64,000 nucleotides of DNA from Candidatus Saccharimonadota bacterium (GTDB lineage Bacteria; Patescibacteriota; Saccharimonadia; Saccharimonadales; UBA4665), in the NCBI GenBank assembly GCA_014378615.1, contig JACMNI010000047.1:9420-73419 (forward strand), written 5' to 3'. Position numbers and translations under genes: made by a program. Each line of letters starts with the position of its first letter. Within the stretch, counting starts at the first letter, position 1. This document shows, piece by piece, positions 7,684 to 20,500 of the stretch. Below the pieces are notes generated by a model. It searched no databases and was not told the DNA's origin. It worked only from the letters and a program-made list of their open reading frames with translations.

Positions 7684-10638
7684 ATGAAATATCAGAAAAA
7701 CAACCGCCGCCGAGCTCTTGAATACGAGAAGGACCTGGTGCAGTACTGGAAAGCCAACAAAACGTTTGAAAAGTCGGTCGAACAACGACCGAAAGATAAT
7801 GGCTACGTTTTTTACGATGGCCCACCGTTTATTACGGGGCAGCCGCACGTTGGCACATTACTTAGTTCGCTCGCCAAAGACGTCGTACCACGCTACTGGA
7901 CCATGCAAGGCCGCCGTGTAGAACGTGTCTGGGGTTGGGATTGTCACGGCCTGCCGGCCGAAGTCTTTACTGAAAAGAAATTCGGCATAGAAGACCGACG
8001 CGACATTGGCACTAAAATTTCACTCGAAGAATATATCACCACTTGCCGCGACAACATGGTCTCGACGGGCAGCTTATGGGAGGATACAATTGACCGCTTC
8101 GGCCGTTGGGTCGATTTTAAGGGTGCCTACAAAACCATGGATAAAGAATACATGGAAAGTATTTGGTGGGCTTTTAAGACACTCTATGAGAAAGGCAAGA
8201 TTTACGAGGGCGAAAAGGTGCTGCTGTATTGTACACGCGACGCCACGCCGCTCTCTAAAGCCGAGATCGCCATGGATAACTCCTACCAAGACGTCACCGA
8301 TCCTTCCGTATTTGTAAAATTTAAGCTGCAGGACTACGAAGCGGGTGCGGGCCACGACACGTATGTGTTGGCTTGGACGACTACGCCATGGACACTGCCG
8401 GCCAATACCGCCGTGGCACTTAATGAAAAAGAGACATATGTTGAAGTAGTAGTAGGCGAGGAACATTTAATTCTGGCCAAGGCTTTGGTTGCCAAAGTAC
8501 TAACTGACGAAAAGCACCAGTCGCTAGACTATAAAGTTGTTCGCGAGTTGCAGGGCAGTGAACTCGTCGGGTTATCGTACGATCCACTGTTCGAAAATCA
8601 CGGCGAGTTGGCTCACAAAATTTGGCACGCCGATTACGTAACCTTGGAAGACGGTACGGGAATTGTTCATTTGGCGCCGGCTTATGGTGAAGAGGATTAC
8701 GTGTTATCACGCCAAATGGGATTCCCGTTTGTGCTGAATATTGACGACCGCGGCAATTACAAAACTGGCGAGTGGGAAGGTAAAAATGTCTGGGATGTTA
8801 ACAAGGAGATTGCCAAAACCCTTAAAGAGCGCGGCGTAGTTTGGAAAATTGATTACATAAAACACAGCTATCCGCATTGTTATCGCTGTGGCACTAAACT
8901 TATGTATCGAGCGCACCCAAGCTGGTTCATGGATATCGATGGTCAACGCACCGAAATGTTAGAACAGAACGCTAATATAAACTGGGTTCCAGAGCATATA
9001 AAGCACGGGCGCTTTGAAAAAACTGTACTCAGCGCTCCGGATTGGAATTTAAGCCGCGACCGCTTTTGGGCAACTGCCATGCCAGTCTGGAAAGGTAAAG
9101 ATAACAACGGTAAAGAGCTCATAAAAGTTGTCGGTAGTTATGCCGAATTACAAGAATTATCGGGTACCACCCTTGATGATTATCATCGACCATGGGTAGA
9201 TGATGTAACGTTTACAATAGATGGAGTAGAGTATAGGCGCATCGATAAAGTACTCGACTGTTGGTTTGAAAGTGGCTCTATGCCATTCGCGCAGTTCCAC
9301 TATCCGTTCGAAAATGTCGAAAAATTTGAGGCAAATTTCCCTGGCGACTACATAGTCGAATACGTTGGACAGGTGCGGGCTTGGTTTTACTATGTCCATG
9401 CAGTGAATGTTGGTCTATTTGGTAAGAACGCTTATAAGAACGTCATTGTGACCGGCAATGTCGCCGGCAGTGATGGTAAGAAAATGAGCAAATCACTCGG
9501 CAACTACACCGATCCAAATGAACTGATGGACACCTACAGCGCCGATTCACTCCGATTTCTACTACTGACATCACCGTTATATGGCGGCGAAGACTTCGCA
9601 CTAAAGGATAAGGATGTCGCCGACGTGGCTCGCAAACTCAGCATGATCTGGAACATGTACGATTTCTTTACGCTCTATGCCGACGTCGATAACTGGGAGT
9701 GGGATGAGTCTAAGGGGCTTAGCGATCCATCAGAAGACCTGTCCAACCCGCTCGACCAGTGGATCGTGGCGCGACTGCACCAGCTTACGCAGGAAGTATC
9801 GGCCAAAATGGAAGCCTACGATCTAGCTGGAGCTGTTAAACCAATCCTGCCATTTATTGACGACGCCAGCAACTGGTACGTTCGCCGTAGCCGCAAGCGC
9901 TTCTGGAAAAGCGAGGACGACGGCGATAAGGCCGACGCCTACAAGACGCTACACTACGTTCTAACGGTCCTTAGCATGGTCATGGCACCGTTTACGCCGT
10001 TCCTAGCCGAGGAGCTCTACCGTAAGATGACCGGCGGCGAAAGCGTCCACCTTTTGGATTGGCCAAAGGCTGGCCATGTAAATGACCTACTTGTCCGTGA
10101 CATGGCCGCCACCCGACAGCTTATAACTGATGGTTTATCGCAGCGTGCAACTGCCGGCATTAAAGTTAGGCAGCCACTGCGATCAGCCACTATTACGGGC
10201 CCGAACGCCGACCGTTTGGCCGGCTTTGAAGAGATATTGGTAGAAGAGCTCAATCTTAAATCTATTGTTTTCGTGGCTACCAGTGGTCCTGTATCGCCCG
10301 AATCGACGCCGTCGGCCGACGACTATAACGAATACGTTATAACACTCGATCTACATATGGACCAAGAACTAAAGCAAGAAGGCTTAATGCGCGAGATTGT
10401 GCGCAATGTCCAGCAAGCCCGTAAGGCTGCTGGTCTAGAAGTTGACGACCGCATACAGCTGGGGCTAGTAACCGACGATGCTGACCTGCAGGCAGTATTT
10501 GCTAACGCTACCCTCATGCAGACCATCGCTCAAGAGACGCTGGCAACGAAGGCTGCTAATGAGGCAATAGCCGGAGGCTATACGCAGTTAGTCAAAGTGG
10601 AAGGCGCCGAACTGTCGATTAGCCTGGCTAAGCTGTAA
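7684..10638 (+). CDS. ileS: Isoleucine--tRNA ligase
   Basis: 984 aa. HIGH-type motif PHVGT, KMSKS motif (KKMSKSLGN), and CP1 editing-domain signature WTTTPWTLPAN. AAGGAG SD upstream. Confidence 0.97.
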   Translation: MKYQKNNRRRALEYEKDLVQYWKANKTFEKSVEQRPKDNGYVFYDGPPFITGQPHVGTLLSSLAKDVVPRYWTMQGRRVERVWGWDCHGLPAEVFTEKKFGIEDRRDIGTKISLEEYITTCRDNMVSTGSLWEDTIDRFGRWVDFKGAYKTMDKEYMESIWWAFKTLYEKGKIYEGEKVLLYCTRDATPLSKAEIAMDNSYQDVTDPSVFVKFKLQDYEAGAGHDTYVLAWTTTPWTLPANTAVALNEKETYVEVVVGEEHLILAKALVAKVLTDEKHQSLDYKVVRELQGSELVGLSYDPLFENHGELAHKIWHADYVTLEDGTGIVHLAPAYGEEDYVLSRQMGFPFVLNIDDRGNYKTGEWEGKNVWDVNKEIAKTLKERGVVWKIDYIKHSYPHCYRCGTKLMYRAHPSWFMDIDGQRTEMLEQNANINWVPEHIKHGRFEKTVLSAPDWNLSRDRFWATAMPVWKGKDNNGKELIKVVGSYAELQELSGTTLDDYHRPWVDDVTFTIDGVEYRRIDKVLDCWFESGSMPFAQFHYPFENVEKFEANFPGDYIVEYVGQVRAWFYYVHAVNVGLFGKNAYKNVIVTGNVAGSDGKKMSKSLGNYTDPNELMDTYSADSLRFLLLTSPLYGGEDFALKDKDVADVARKLSMIWNMYDFFTLYADVDNWEWDESKGLSDPSEDLSNPLDQWIVARLHQLTQEVSAKMEAYDLAGAVKPILPFIDDASNWYVRRSRKRFWKSEDDGDKADAYKTLHYVLTVLSMVMAPFTPFLAEELYRKMTGGESVHLLDWPKAGHVNDLLVRDMAATRQLITDGLSQRATAGIKVRQPLRSATITGPNADRLAGFEEILVEELNLKSIVFVATSGPVSPESTPSADDYNEYVITLDLHMDQELKQEGLMREIVRNVQQARKAAGLEVDDRIQLGLVTDDADLQAVFANATLMQTIAQETLATKAANEAIAGGYTQLVKVEGAELSISLAKL

Positions 10639-10693
10639 ACTGGCCGCTTAAAGGGTTTACAGAGACCCTCCTATCTGATACGATAGACTCCAT

Positions 10694-11002
10694 ATGAAAA
10701 AAGCAGTTATTTTAACCGGCGGCAAGCAATACTTGGTCGCTGAAGGCGAAACCATCAAGGTTGAGCTCGTCAAAGCCGAAGGTTCCAGCGTTAGCTTTGA
10801 ACCACTATTAGTAATCGATGGTGATAAGGTGAGCGTTGGCGCACCAAGTCTGCCAAAAATGAGTGTTACCGCTGACGTCATTAATGCCGATCAGCAAGCC
10901 GATAAGGTTACTAGCATTCGTTACAAGGCTAAGAAGCGTGTCCACACCGTTCGTGGTCACCGTCAACACCAAACCGTTCTAAAGATTACCAAGATAGTGT
11001 AA
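10694..11002 (+). CDS. rplU: 50S ribosomal protein L21
   Basis: 102 aa. MKKAVILTGGKQYLVAEGETIKVE... is a typical L21. Confidence 0.93.
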   Translation: MKKAVILTGGKQYLVAEGETIKVELVKAEGSSVSFEPLLVIDGDKVSVGAPSLPKMSVTADVINADQQADKVTSIRYKAKKRVHTVRGHRQHQTVLKITKIV

Positions 11003-11020
11003 GGCAACCACCTTACTTAA

Positions 11021-11047
11021 AAGCCCCCGCCCTGGGGGCTTTTTTAT
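11021..11047 (+). terminator. Rho-independent terminator after rplU
   Basis: AGCCCCC (11022-11028), loop GCCCT, GGGGGCT (11034-11040), then TTTTTATTT. Confidence 0.8.
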
Positions 11048-11091
11048 TTCGCCAGAAAACCTGCAATATATGTATGATTTTTCATAGTGCT

Positions 11092-11100
11092 TGTGGATAA
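11092..11100 (-). promoter_or_regulatory. Perfect DnaA-box 9-mer (TGTGGATAA = reverse complement of TTATCCACA)
   Basis: Exact consensus 9-mer in the AT-rich spacer. A one-mismatch copy, TGTGGTTAA, lies at 11158-11166. Confidence 0.35.
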
Positions 11101-11518
11101 AAAACACTAAATTTTGAAACAGACGTAAGATTTACTACACACTCTATATCTTTATATTGTGGTTAAATCAGCTCAGAACAGGGTAATATAGGGTGTTTTT
11201 GGTGACTGTTGTTAATAATAATACTATTTAGGTCTAAAAAGTACATAGAAACAACAACACAACAGTACCTAAAATGTGCTCACAAAACCCTTGTTTAGCC
11301 CTAAGCGGGGGTAGATACTAGTCTCATAGGGTTGGAGCGAAGAAAAACAAACTAACCCTTGCCAACAAAAATTGGTTGAAAACCTAAAAAGCAAAAATGG
11401 GCCTTTCTCCGTAACAGAGAAAAATCCTCCGTAAGGGGAGAGGTCCAAAACAAACATTGCTCTGAAGCTACCAGCTTCTAACAGGTAAAACCAATACAAA
11501 CACCCTCACAAGAAACAA

Positions 11519-14500
11519 ATGCTAAAAAACAGATTACACCTACCGCTATTCATGAACACCCTTTGGTCCAAAACCAGCAGGGTGTTCTTTGCTGTTGTGG
11601 GTAGTGTAGTCTTGACCCCTGTAATTTTTAATACGCGCGTGTTTACGCGAGTACGCGCGGAGCTCCGCACCACTGTTCGCCGCAGCTTGATAGCTGGTTT
11701 AGGGCTGTTGGTTATAGCCAGCATGTTCGCCGCCAGCGCCAAGCCGCTCACCGCTGTCGCTGCTACCTCAGACAACCTCAACTTCCAGGCTCGCCTTGAG
11801 CAGTCAAACGGCGCCATTGCTCCTGATGGCAACTACAACATCCAGTTTAAGCTCTACAACGTCTCTTCCGGTGGTACGGCCCTCTGGACCGAGAGCTACC
11901 TCAATAGTGTTGGGCAGGGTGTTCGAGTCGTTAACGGCTACGTTACCGTCAACCTCGGATCAATCACGGCTTTCCCATCGACCATGTCATGGGATCAATC
12001 ACTGTTTGTCACCATGAACATCGGTGGCACTTCTACCGGTGCGCCGACGTACGACGGGGAAATGAACCCCCGTCTGAAGCTTACCGCCGTACCGTACGCT
12101 TTCCAGGCCAAAAGTGCCGCCCAGCTACAGGTCCAGACTGGCCCCAACGTCGGTACCTTGGCATTTGGCCCACTGACCGCGACCCGTAACATTGCCTTGC
12201 CGGACGAAAACGGGACAGTCTGTATCCAGCTGAGCACCAGTTGTGGCTTTGCCAGCGCCACCGGTAGCAATAACTACATCCAAAACAACACTACCTTGCA
12301 ATCCTCGGCTAACTTCAATTTCCAGAGCAGTTCCACCACCGCCATTAGTGGTGCGATCCGCGCCTTAACTGGTCAGACCGCCGACCTGTTACGCCTCAGC
12401 GACTCTTCGGGCGCGACCCTAAGCGGCTTTAACGCCAGTGGCCAGCTCTACTACCAGAGCGGCAGCTTTACGGGTACGTTAGTGCAAAACGTTTTGGCAC
12501 AAAACACTGTTTATCACCTGGACGACCCGGGTATTGCCAGTGTTAACATCTGTCTTAGCACCGGTAACTGTGCCGGCGCTGGCAGCGGTGTGACATCGGC
12601 AACCGGCGGCACAGTCAACTACCTCGCCAAGTTTGACGCCGTCCGCAACATCGTCAGCTCTAGCCTGTTTGATGACGGTAGCTTCGTCGGCATCAATACT
12701 ATCTCTAACGCCGGCCAACTCAGCGTCGTTAGCACTAACGCCAGCCAGAGCGGTATTTACGTAAAGGGCGCGACCAGTGCAACTAGCGCCGCCTTTGTCG
12801 TCCAGGGTGGTGCCACCCCAGCGGCTGGCGGCGATCTGATTAATCTCAAAGATGTTTCTGGCGCTATCCTCAGTGGCTTCGATGCTAGCGGAAACCTGTT
12901 CTTCAACAAGGGCGGCTTTAAGGGTACCGTTACTCAGCAGAGCTTAGCCCAAAATACTACTTATCGTTTAGTTGACCCCGCCCAGGCCAGTGTCGATATC
13001 TGTCTCAGCACCGGCAACTGTGCGGGCGCGGGTAGTAGCGTTACCTCACTTGGCGGCACGGTTAACTACCTAGCCAAGTTTGACGCCGCCCGTGACATCG
13101 CCAACTCCAACATTTACGATAACGGCAGCTTCGTGGGAGTGAATACAATCACCAATAATGGCCTGTTGAGCTTGGTCGGGGCTACGGCCGCCCAGAGTAC
13201 ATTATTTGCGCAGGGAGCCGGCAGCGCTACCTCACCAGTTGCCGTTATTCGTTCCGGAACATTGCCGGGCGCTAGCGCCGACTTGCTGGTACTTCAAGAT
13301 TCCAGTGGCGTTACGCTCGCCAAGGTCGACAACAACGGCAACTTATCGGCCGTCAGTGGATTATTTAGCGGCAACATTACCCAAAGCGGTACTGGCACGT
13401 TCAATACTGGTACCGGCGCGGTCAGCCTTAACGGCAACACACTCGTTGGCGGCACGCTAACTGTTGGCACGGCGGCAACTGCTCTCGGCGGCACGCTTAG
13501 CGTTACTGGCCCAGCAACGTTCAACGGCGGATTAACGGCTGTCGGTAGCACCCTGATTAATACGACCGGTACCGCAGCCACGGCCATCGGCAACGCTACG
13601 GGGACCTTTACACTGACGTCATCTGGCTTGAACGTCGCCGCTACCGGTGCCTTGAGCGGCGTTTCTGGCTACACTCAGACTGGCGGTAACTTTACTATCA
13701 CGGGTCCTGGCACCTTCAGCACTGGTACGGGCGCTGTTACATTAAACGGTCCTACGATCGCCACCGGTACCTTAGCGGTGCAGGGCGTAAATGGTTTAAC
13801 ACTGGGTATCGCCAGTAACACCGCCGGCGTCCTCAACTTTGCCAACATCGCCAACTCCAACCTAACTGTGCTGACGGCAACCGCGCCAACCGGCACCGGC
13901 AATGCCAACGTGAGTCTGCCAACCTTAGTCGGCGGCACCAGTGCTACTATTTGTGTCAGCACCGGTAACTGTGCCGGCGCCGGTAACAGCGTTACTTCAA
14001 ACGCCGGCGGTACTACTAATTACATCGCTAAGTTCGTTAATACCCGCGATATTGGCAACGCCAGCATCTTTGACGATGGCACTTTCGTAGGTATTAACAC
14101 CACCAGTAATAATGGTTTACTTAGCTTGGTTGGCACCGGGTCATCACAGAGTACATTGTTTGCCCAAGGTGCCAGCAGTGCTTTATCACCAGTCGCAGTC
14201 ATCCGTTCCGGCGCTACACCCGGTCCTGGCGGCGATTTATTACAACTCCAAAACAGCACAAGTACGACGGTCGCTAAGATTGATTCTAGCGGTAACCTCA
14301 CCGCAGTTGGCGGATTATTCAGCGGTAACATTTCACAAACCGGCGCTACCACGTTCAGCACTGGTTCCGGCGCTGTCAGTTTTAACGGTGCCACCAGCGT
14401 CACCGGCAGCAACGCTTTCACCGTTGGTAGCGGTAGCACCACGCTAGGCGGTACGTTAAGCGCTGGCGGTGCAACTTCACTCGGCAATACCTTAACCGTC

Positions 14501-17500
14501 ACTGGTGCGAGCACCTTTAACAATAACGTTAGTGTTACGGGCAGCGGTACGCTCAGTGTTGCCAACGGCGCTACCACCCTTGGCGGCAGCTTAGCGGTCA
14601 GCGGTGTTACAGCCCTTAACAGCACTCTGGCTGTCAGCGGCGCCACTACCTTAACGGGACTTTTGACCGCCAACGGCGGCATCGTAGACACCGGCAACTT
14701 CAGTCAGACTGGCGCCGGTACCTTTAGCACCGGCAGTGGCGCAGTTACGCTCAATGGCGACACGGCTATTAATGGCACCAAAACCTTCACCGTCGGCACC
14801 GGTGCCACCAGCCTTGGCGGAACGCTTGGTGTAACTGGTACGAGCAGCTTTACTGGCGCCGCCACCTTTAACGGCGGCATCACCGACAACGGTAACTTCA
14901 CTCAAGCGGGCGCCGGAACCTTCAGTACTGGTTCAGGAGCGGTCAGCTTAAACGGCAACACGGCTATTACTGGCACTAGCACCCTTACCGTCGGCACCGG
15001 CGCGACTATCCTCGGCGGTACCCTCGGTGTTACGGGCCTAACTACCCTTAGTGGCGGTACGACCATCAGCGGCACAACCAGTATTACCGGTGCGACGACC
15101 ATTAACACGACCGGCAGTGCTAACACTTCCATCGGCAACGCCACCGGCAGCTTTAGCTTGGCGTCTTCGGCACTCAATGTTACGAGCGGCGGCGCCCTCA
15201 GCGGCATTACGACTATTAGTATGACCGGCGCAATTGCTGCGGCTACATCGGGTAACACTATAAATGGCTTGATTATTAACAACGGCGCCCTCAGCGGCAT
15301 CACCGGCTACGCCCAAGCCAGCGGCAACTTTGCCATCAGCGGTGCTGGCAGCTTCGGCACCGGTACCGGTGCGGTTTCGTTAAATGGCGCTACTAGCGTA
15401 ACCGGTTCTAACGCCCTAATCGTTGGCACCGGCGCCACCACCCTCGGCGGTACTTTAGGCGTCGCTGGTCTTACAACACTCAACGGCGGCGTAACGGTTA
15501 TCGGCGCTACTAACATCAATACTACTGGTACCGCCGCGACTAACATCGGTAACACCGGCGCTGCCTTTACGCTGGCTTCCAGTGGTCTAAATGTTACCAG
15601 CGCCGGCGCCGTCAGCGGTGTAACCGGCTACGACCAAACCAGCGGCAACTTCGCCCAAGCCGGCACCGGTAGTTTCAGCACCGGTAGCGGCATTGTCAGC
15701 TTGAACGGTAACACGACTATAACCGGTACTAAGACGTTAACCGTTGGTAGCGGGGCAACACTGCTCGGCGGCTCATTAACGGTCAACGGGGCATCGACTC
15801 TCAACGGTGGCGCTACTATAAGTAACGGTGCCACCATCAGCGGCGGACTCACCGCTACCGGCGCCACCGCCATCAACACTACCGGCACCGCCAACACCGC
15901 TATTGGCAACACCACTGGCAGCTTCAGCTTGCAGTCGAGCGCCCTTAATGTCAGCGCCAGCGGCGCCATCAGCGGTGTAACCGGCTACGACCAAACCAGC
16001 GGCAACTTCGCCCAAGCCGGCGGCGGCACCTTTAGTACCGCCAGCGGCGCCGTTAGCCTAAACGGCAATACGTCCATTATCGGTACCAGCACGCTCACCG
16101 TCAGCACCGGTGCCACCGCGCTAGGCGGCACTCTGGCGGTTAGCGGCCTGACTACTCTGAGCGGCGGAGCGACGGTAACTGGCGCTACCAGTATCACCGG
16201 CGCCACCGCCATCAACACTACCGGCACCGCCAACACCGCTATTGGCAACACCACTGGCAGCTTCAGCTTGCAGTCGAGCGCCCTTAATGTCAGCGGCACC
16301 GGTGCCATCTCGGGTGTTACTACGCTCAACTTGAGCGGGGCTATTGCCGGCGCTACCAGCGGTAACACCATTAACGGCCTCGTTATAAACAGCGGTGCCC
16401 TCAGTAGCGTAACTGGCTACAGCCAGACCAGCGGTAACTTTAGCCAAACCGGCACTGGCACCTTCGGCACCGGCACCGGTAGTGTTAACTTAAACGGCGT
16501 TACCTCTGTAACTGGCAGTAACGCCTTCAACGTTGGCACCGGCGCTACCACCCTCAGCGGCACCTTGGCTGTAACCGGCAGCACCACCTTAACTGGTCTG
16601 CTAACCACCAACGGCGGTATCACTGACACCGGCAACTTCCTCCAATCCGGCGCCGGCACCTTCAGTACTGGCACCGGCGCCGTCAGCCTAAATGGCGCCA
16701 CCACTATAAGTACTACACTCGCCGTGCAGGGCGCCGGCGGCATAACTGTTGGTACCCCAAGCGGCACCAATGGCAAAATCAGCTTTGCCAATAATCTCAA
16801 CAGTAACCTCGGGATCATCCAGATCGGTACCCCAAGCGGCACCGGCAACGCTACCTACACCGTGCCAACCATAGCCGGCGGCTCCAGCGACACCTTCTGT
16901 TTGTTAACTAATAACAACTGTAACTTCGAAACCACCAACGGAACCGACTTTGTCCGTAACCAGACTACCCAGCAAACTAGCGGCAACTTCAACATTCAAG
17001 CGCGCCCCGCCACCGTCGCCGCTGTTATACAGGGCGCCAGTGGCCAAGATATTATTAATCTCGTCAACAGCGCCGGCGCTACCGTTGCCAAAATCGATGC
17101 CAATGGTAATGTTACCGCCGTAAATGCCGTCTTTAGCGGCACAGTAACCCAGACTGGTAACGGCACCTTCAGCACCGGCACTGGCGCCATAAGTTTAAAC
17201 GGTAGCACCAGCGTTACTGGCACTAACACTCTTACCGTCGGCACCGGCGCTACTACCCTCGGTGGTACGCTAGCCGTCACCGGCGCTGCAACCTTTAATG
17301 GTGGCGTATCTGTGTCTGGCACCAATACACTCACCGTTGGCACCGGCGCAACTACCCTCGGCGGTACGCTAGCAGTTACCGGCCTCAGCACCTTCACGGG
17401 TGCCGCCACCTTTAATGGCGACATTACTGGTACGGCTAATATCTCTCAAACCGGTAACGGCAGCTTTAGTACTGCCACCGGCGCCGTTAACTTAAATGGT

Positions 17501-20500
17501 GCTACTAGCGTTAGCGGCAGCAATACCTTTACTGTCGGTACCGGTGCTACTGCCTTGGGCGGCTCGCTTGGAGTTACCGGATTAACTACCTTGAACGGCG
17601 GCGCAACCGTCCTCGGCGCCACCAACATCAACACCAGTGGCACGGCTAATACGTCAATCGGCAACAGCACCGGTAACTTCAGCTTGCAGTCAGCCGGCCT
17701 AAACGTATCTAGCGCCGGCGCCTTAACCGGTATTACTACTGTCAATATGAGCGGCGCCATCACGGCTGCTACTACCGGCAATACTATTAATGGTCTTATT
17801 ATTAACGGTGGCTCCTTGAGTGGCGTTACGGGCTACAACCAGTCTAGCGGTAACTTTACCCAATCCGGTACCGGCAGCTTTAATACCGCTACCGGCGCCG
17901 TTAGCTTAAACGGTCCTACGACCGTCACCGGCACGAATGCCTTTACAGTCGGCACCGGCGCCACTACCCTTGGCGGCAGCCTAGGTGTAACCGGCGCCAC
18001 GACTTTTACCGGCGCGCTAACCGCCAATGGCACCAGCACCTTCAACGCCAACGTTGGTATAACTGGCGCCAGCACTCTAACCGTTGGCACCGGCGCTACA
18101 GTCCTCGGCGGAACCCTTGGTGTTACCGGCCTAAGCACCTTCACCGGCGCCGCCACCTTCAATGGCGGTATCACCGATACTGGCAACTTTACCCAGACCG
18201 GCACCGGCACCTTCAGCACCGGCACCGGTGCAGTTTCCTTGAACGGCGTTACGACTGCTAATGCCAGCTTTAACGTCAGCGGAACCAACACCCTTACTGT
18301 CGGCACCGGCGCTACTAGCCTTGGGGGCACCCTAGCCGTTACCGGCACCAGCACCTTAACAGGCCTACTAACCGCTAACGGCGGCATCACCGATACTGGC
18401 AACTTTAGCCAGACTGGCACTGGTACCTTCAGCACCGGCACTGGCGCGGTCAGCCTCAACGGCGCAACTGCCGTTACCGGCACCAACACGCTTACAGTCG
18501 GCACCGGCGCGACTACCTTGGGCGGCAACCTAACCGTTAGTGGTGCAGCCGCCTTTAACGGTAACGTCACCATAAACGGCACTAATAACCTTACCGTTAC
18601 CAGCGGCGCTACCAGCCTTGGTGGGACTTTAGCAGTCACTGGCGCTACCACTCTTAGCGGCGGCTTAGCCGTCACCGGCGCCAGCAGCTTTAGCGGCAAC
18701 GTTTCACTCAGTGGCCTCAGCACCTTTACTACTGGCACCGGTACAGTTACGCTTGGTTCTCTCGGCGACGGCATCGTCCAGAGCAACGCCGCTGGCGTCC
18801 TTAGTAGCGGCACTGTTGATCGTAACGGCGCCTACCTAACAGGTACCACCTCTGTTACAAACGGTGGTACCGGCACTGCAACCTTTACTTCGGGCGGCAT
18901 CTTGTATGGCAACGGTACGAGCCCAATCCAGTCCACCATCTCGGCAGCTAACAGTATTCTTATTACGGGCAGCGGCAGCATTCCGACCTTGAGTCAGACG
19001 TTACCAGTCGCCGTCCAAGGCAACATTACCAACACCGGCGCCCTAAACGCCGGCTCGATTGTGTCCGGATTTGGATCCATCACCACAGCCAACAACATCA
19101 GCACTAGCGCAATAGTGCAGGGCGGTACTGTCACGGCTACCGGCGCCCTGAATGGCAACAGCTTGAGCATCAACTCCGGTGCTTTTGCAGTCAATGCTGC
19201 TGGCGCGATTATCGCTGCCACCGGCATCACGACCTCTGGAAACATTACTCAGTCTGGCACCGGCAGCTTTAGTACCGGAACTGGCGCCGTTAGCTTGAAC
19301 GGCGCCACGAGTGTCAGCGGCAGTAATACCTTTAGTGTCGGCAGCGGCGCTACCACACTTGGCGGCAGCCTCGGCGTAACTGGCGGCACCACCCTGGGCA
19401 GCACCCTGGGTGTAACGGGCGCTGCTACCTTTGCCAGCGCCGCTAGCGTCCAGGGTGCTGCCGGTCTTACTATCGGATCGACCACTAATAACGGCTTATT
19501 GACCTTACTAGATGGCACTACTGACGGCTTTACCGCTAGTATTGCTTTGGGAGGCGTACTTAGCGCTAACCAAAGCTATGTTCTGCCAACAGTTGGTGGC
19601 ACCTTCTGTCTGAACACCAACAACTGTAACTACCAAACTGCCGGTAGCTATGAACTTACGACCGGTACCGACTTCGTTCGTAACCAAACAACCTTGCAAA
19701 CCGTTGCCAACTTCAACATCAGCGGCACCGGTATCGCCAGCGTCTTCCAGGCTGCTAGCTTCGATACCAACACCGCAGCGACACTAAGCCTCGGTGGCAC
19801 TAACGCTACCGCTATCAACGTTGCGAAATCTGGCGTCACCACTACTATCGCCGGAGCCTTAAGCGTTGCACAAGCTAGCACCTTCAACGGTAATGTTAGT
19901 GTCAGCGGCAGCAATACGCTTACCGTCGCCACTGGAGCCACCAGCCTCGGCGGCAGCCTTGGTGTGACTGGCGCTACCAGCCTGAGCAACAGTTTGACCG
20001 TAGCCGGCGCCACCACCATTGGCGGTAACACTTCAATTACTGGCGCCAGCACACTAACCGTCGGCACTGGCGCTACCAGCCTCGGCGGCAGCCTGAGCAC
20101 CGCCGGAACGAGTACATTTACGGGCGCTTCCACCTTTAACGGCGGTATTACCGATGCTGGTAACTTTAGCCAAACTGGTACGGGTACGTTTAGTACAGGT
20201 ACGGGCGCGGTTAGCTTAAACGGTAACACCAGCATTTCTGGCACCAACACCCTTACTGTCGGCACCGGCACTACTACGCTCGGGGGCTCACTTGGCGTGG
20301 CTGGTCTTACGACATTAAGTGGCGGCGCTACCATTACCGGAGCAACGAGCATTATCGGCGCTACCACCATCAACACGACCGGCACCGCCAGCACGACTAT
20401 CGGCAATGCCGCCGCTGCTTTTAGCGTCGCCTCCAACGGTTTAAACATTACTAGCGCTGGTGCTCTCAGCGGCGTAACTGGTTATGCGCAGTCCAGCGGT

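Noticed and set aside
10694-11047. Loss of rpmA (L27) after rplU, and loss of pyrH between tsf and frr (53872-53954).
   Set aside because: Only synteny breaks are visible, and the genes may be elsewhere in the genome. Absence cannot be inferred from one window.
11269-11832. Minus-strand ORFs 11269-11499 and 11506-11832 upstream of, or overlapping, the start of the giant gene.
   Set aside because: They have no SD and an odd composition. The second overlaps the giant ORF's N-terminus antisense. The region is better explained as a 5' leader plus the giant-gene start.
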